Assembly (NCBI RefSeq): GCF_018977255.1 | Contig: NW_024704743.1 | Coordinates: 47,804,001 to 47,868,000 of the forward strand | DNA: 64,000 bases | Reading direction: 5' to 3' | Origin: Callorhinchus milii | Taxonomy: Eukaryota | In this document: positions 61,178 to 64,000 of the stretch, piece after piece | Position numbering within the stretch: position 1 is the stretch's first letter | Layout of the letters: the number at the start of each line of letters is the position of its first letter | Program-made: the position numbers and the translations under genes | Notes under the pieces: model-generated | What the model was told of the DNA's origin: nothing | Databases searched by the model: none | What the model saw: only the letters and a program-made list of their open reading frames with translations

Positions 61178-63260
61178 GAACAACAACAATAATTTACATA
61201 GTGCCTTTCATGGTAAGAGCACTTCTGAAAGCCCTTCATACAGCACCTGAGGTGCTGGGTGGGAGCTGAGGGAGAGTGGGAAGATGCTGAAGAGATAGGC
61301 CCACTAATTCCCTTGGCTCCCATCGCCACCGAATCCAATCCCCAGCTCTGATCAAATCCTTGACTGTCCAGTTCCTCGGGATGTGGTATGCAATTATTTG
61401 TTGTTTGTTGATTGTTTAAAATTGTGAAGACAAGGCAAAGGGACTCCTGACACTCCAGCGAATAGGAATGACATGGCTGCAAACTCGCCACCAATGGTGG
61501 GATGGATCAGGCAGGAGATGTGAAACAGGCTGCTGTTGGCTGAGCAGAGGGAGCAGCTGGGTCAGTAGGATTGCAGAAGGTGGGGTGAGGTGATGAAGAG
61601 ATTTGAATGTGAGCACTAGGATCTTGATTTTGGTTAATTGAGGAATGGGGAGGCAGTGGAGCGAAGTGAGAATGGGGTTGAAGGCATACGGAGCCTCGTG
61701 TGGAAGTGAACACGGTTGCAGTTCTAGATGCTGTCCAGCTTGTGTAGGGAGTAACTGGCAAGCAGGGGATTTAATAATTAAGCTTGCACATGTTGAAAGC
61801 ATGATTGAGGGTCAGCAGTCAGGTGAGAGGTAGTTGTGGAGTAGGGCGATGTTGTGGAGGTGAAGGAAAGCCGAGCCAGTCAGCGAATGAGTTGAGAAGT
61901 CGTTGGCAGAAGAGTCTCTGTTTTGCTCAATTCAACGGAAGAAAGTTAGAGCTACCCAGGACTTGATGTCTGATAGGCAAATGATCAGTACAGCAGTGGT
62001 CCTGGAATCGAGGACATTGGCAGAAAATACAGTTGGTTTCATCTGCGTAAATGTGGAAAAGAACCCATGCCTGTGGATGATGCAACCAAGTGGGAGCACA
62101 TATATTGTGAAAAGGAGGGGGCATAGATAGAGCCCTGAGGAATACCTCATGTGACTATCCAGGGATGAGAGGAGAAATTATTGGAAGAGATGAAGTGAAG
62201 ATGCTGGGATACATGGGATTGAAACTGGGACAGAACTGTGAAGGTGGAGGAGTGATCAACTGTGTCAAAAGAGACTGAGGTCAATGGGAACAAGGAGGCA
62301 ACAGCAACAACAAAATTACATTTGTAGCACCTTTCACGTCAGGAGGATGTCCCAAGGCAGAATGAACCCTGGTCACAGATGGACAGAATGATGTTGGCGA
62401 CTTTGATCAGGACAGTCTTGGTGCTGTGGGCAGGGTAGAAACCGTATTGGAGGGGCTTAAGGAGGGAGTGGTAGGAGACGAAGGAGAGAATTTGGAAGGT
62501 GACAACTTGTTCCAGCACTGGGGAGAGGTTGGAGATAGGTTTGTAGCGAGAGAACATGGAAAGGTTGAGTGAGCGATTCTGCAGAAGGGATGTGATGACG
62601 TGAAAAGCGCTATATCAAGTGCAATGATGATTATTATTGTTATTTTTGAAAGAGGGTTACTGGACAAATGAAGAGAGAGAGGATGATGATGACAGCTATG
62701 GGAGGCACGAGAAGGAGAGGCTGGGTGGAGAGGAGTGGTGGGAGGATGAGGTCAAGGGAGTTTCATGCCTAAAATAGCAAAGAGATGTGGGTAAAAGGTT
62801 TGAGGGAGGGTAGCACCTGAGGCTATTGAACAAATTCACTTGATTTTGGACCTGAATAAGTCCATCACTTCTTGCATTTAGAGTTGGGGATAAAGATAGA
62901 AGAAGCTCGGGTAGGTGGGTGAAAGAGGTGTTTTGTGGTGCAGAAAATGAACTTTGGCCTCCAGGATGATCGTGGAGCAGAACAATGATTTGACTGAGAG
63001 AGTGTAATGGTAGACTTTGGTGTGGTCCAGCCGTATCTTGCAATTTGAGCCACGTGCATTCGGCAGCACAGGTCTGGGATGTTAGTGAACAGAGGTTTTC
63101 GGTCTACCTGGGAAATTGCAGAGTAAGAGGTGGTTCAGGATGTTTTGGGTGTGAAGGTATTAATGGTGATAATGAGGGAGTTATCCATAAGGTTGACGGA
63201 GGAGGTAAGGTCAAGGCAGGCAGAGTGGGAGGAGTTCAGATGACTCCAAGCCAATTGTGA
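61178..63260 (-). mobile_element. Old, degraded L2 with nested tail insertions (about 62305-62358 and 62598-62645)
   Basis: Minus ORFs RYKPISNLSPVLEQVV..LQYGFYPAHSTKTVLIKVAN, PLLFTIYVLPLG..CLSDIKSW, LHCLPIPQLTKIKILVLTFKSLH. Confidence 0.8.
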
Positions 63261-63379
63261 GGGAGCTGTAGGGGAGCTTTCCATGCTGTAAACCTATGAT
63301 TCAATGAAACTGGTAGTCTAGGAGCTTGAAGCAACAGCTGCATTCAACTAGGGAAGGGAAAACTAGATCCACCAGGCAA

Positions 63380-63830
63380 CTAGGTTACTGTTCATCAGTG
63401 AAATAAATGCTTCAGTCTTCAGGCTGAGTACTGATGCTCAGCCTCAAATTACAAGACAATGAAGGGCTTGCATACTCTACCTCAGCAAGCCGGTATAGAA
63501 CCTCAGAGTCTTATTCGACTTCCATATGTCCTTCACAGCCCACATCTGTCCTCTTACCGGTTCAGCTTTCCTTCAGCTCCAACACTTGCCCACCTTTGCC
63601 ACTATTTCTGCCATTGGGCCAGAAGACCATCATCCACACTTTTATTATGTCCAGCTGGGGAATCAGGCCTGCCATCGCCCTGCATGCCGGACTGCCTAGC
63701 TCTTCCCTATATAGGAGCTGACTATCCAGAACTCTGCAGCTAGTGTCATCTCTTGCTCCAGGTTCCGGATGCCTGTGTCGCTTATCGTTGCTCAGTCCCA
63801 CTGGCTCGCCATTCTCAGTGGATCGATTAT
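63380..63830 (+). mobile_element. Degraded L2 fragment
   Basis: KTIIHTFIMS..HAGLPSSSLYR; atccagaactctgcagct..cactggctc.ccatt. Confidence 0.65.
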
Positions 63831-64000
63831 TTCTGTAGGAAACTATCCAATTACTGATTTCACACTCCTCTCTCTTTTACATTTGGGTGTTTCAGGTGCT
63901 TTGGGAACTATGGATGGAGGAAACCAATGACATCAGAGCTGGAAGCTGCAAAGAGAAAAAGATAAAGATGTTCTCACACATTAACAATTTTCTGTTTTAC

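Noticed and set aside
63896..64000. HIBADH exon 5
   Set aside because: The translation does not match the expected GVGAA..GNLTFMVGG and hits a stop. I found no exon 5 elsewhere, so it is probably beyond the window.

Overview
Vertebrate genomic DNA, most likely from a cartilaginous fish. The tRNA/Deu-type SINEs and L2/CR1 LINEs resemble those of elephant shark or chimaera; this is an inference. Two genes lie head-to-head. TAX1BP1 is on the minus strand, with a CpG-island promoter and non-coding first exon at about 12.0-12.4 kb and the first coding (SKICH) exon at 2481-2672; the gene continues off the left edge. HIBADH is on the plus strand, with coding exons 1-4 at 26921-26990, 34492-34652, 36872-36981 and 37909-38030; intron 4 runs off the right edge. 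In other gnathostomes this gene pair lies in the regulatory landscape 5' of the HoxA cluster. The rest of the window is intronic or intergenic. It holds a near full-length frameshifted L2 LINE, many L2/CR1 fragments, young and old SINE families sharing an L2-like tail, an unclassified structured ~580-bp repeat, a tiny TA-flanked MITE and minisatellites. Most ORFs in the track are repeat artefacts. The most notable observations are: a stop-free 393-nt exon 2-4 unit of HIBADH flanked by inverted L2s (circRNA candidate); three co-oriented CTCF-like motifs; mirrored C-rich and G-rich arrays around HIBADH exon 1; an orientation-flipping 22-bp palindromic array; and repeat-free, motif-dense blocks in HIBADH intron 4 (candidate Hox enhancers). 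Repeat boundaries are approximate and were read by eye.
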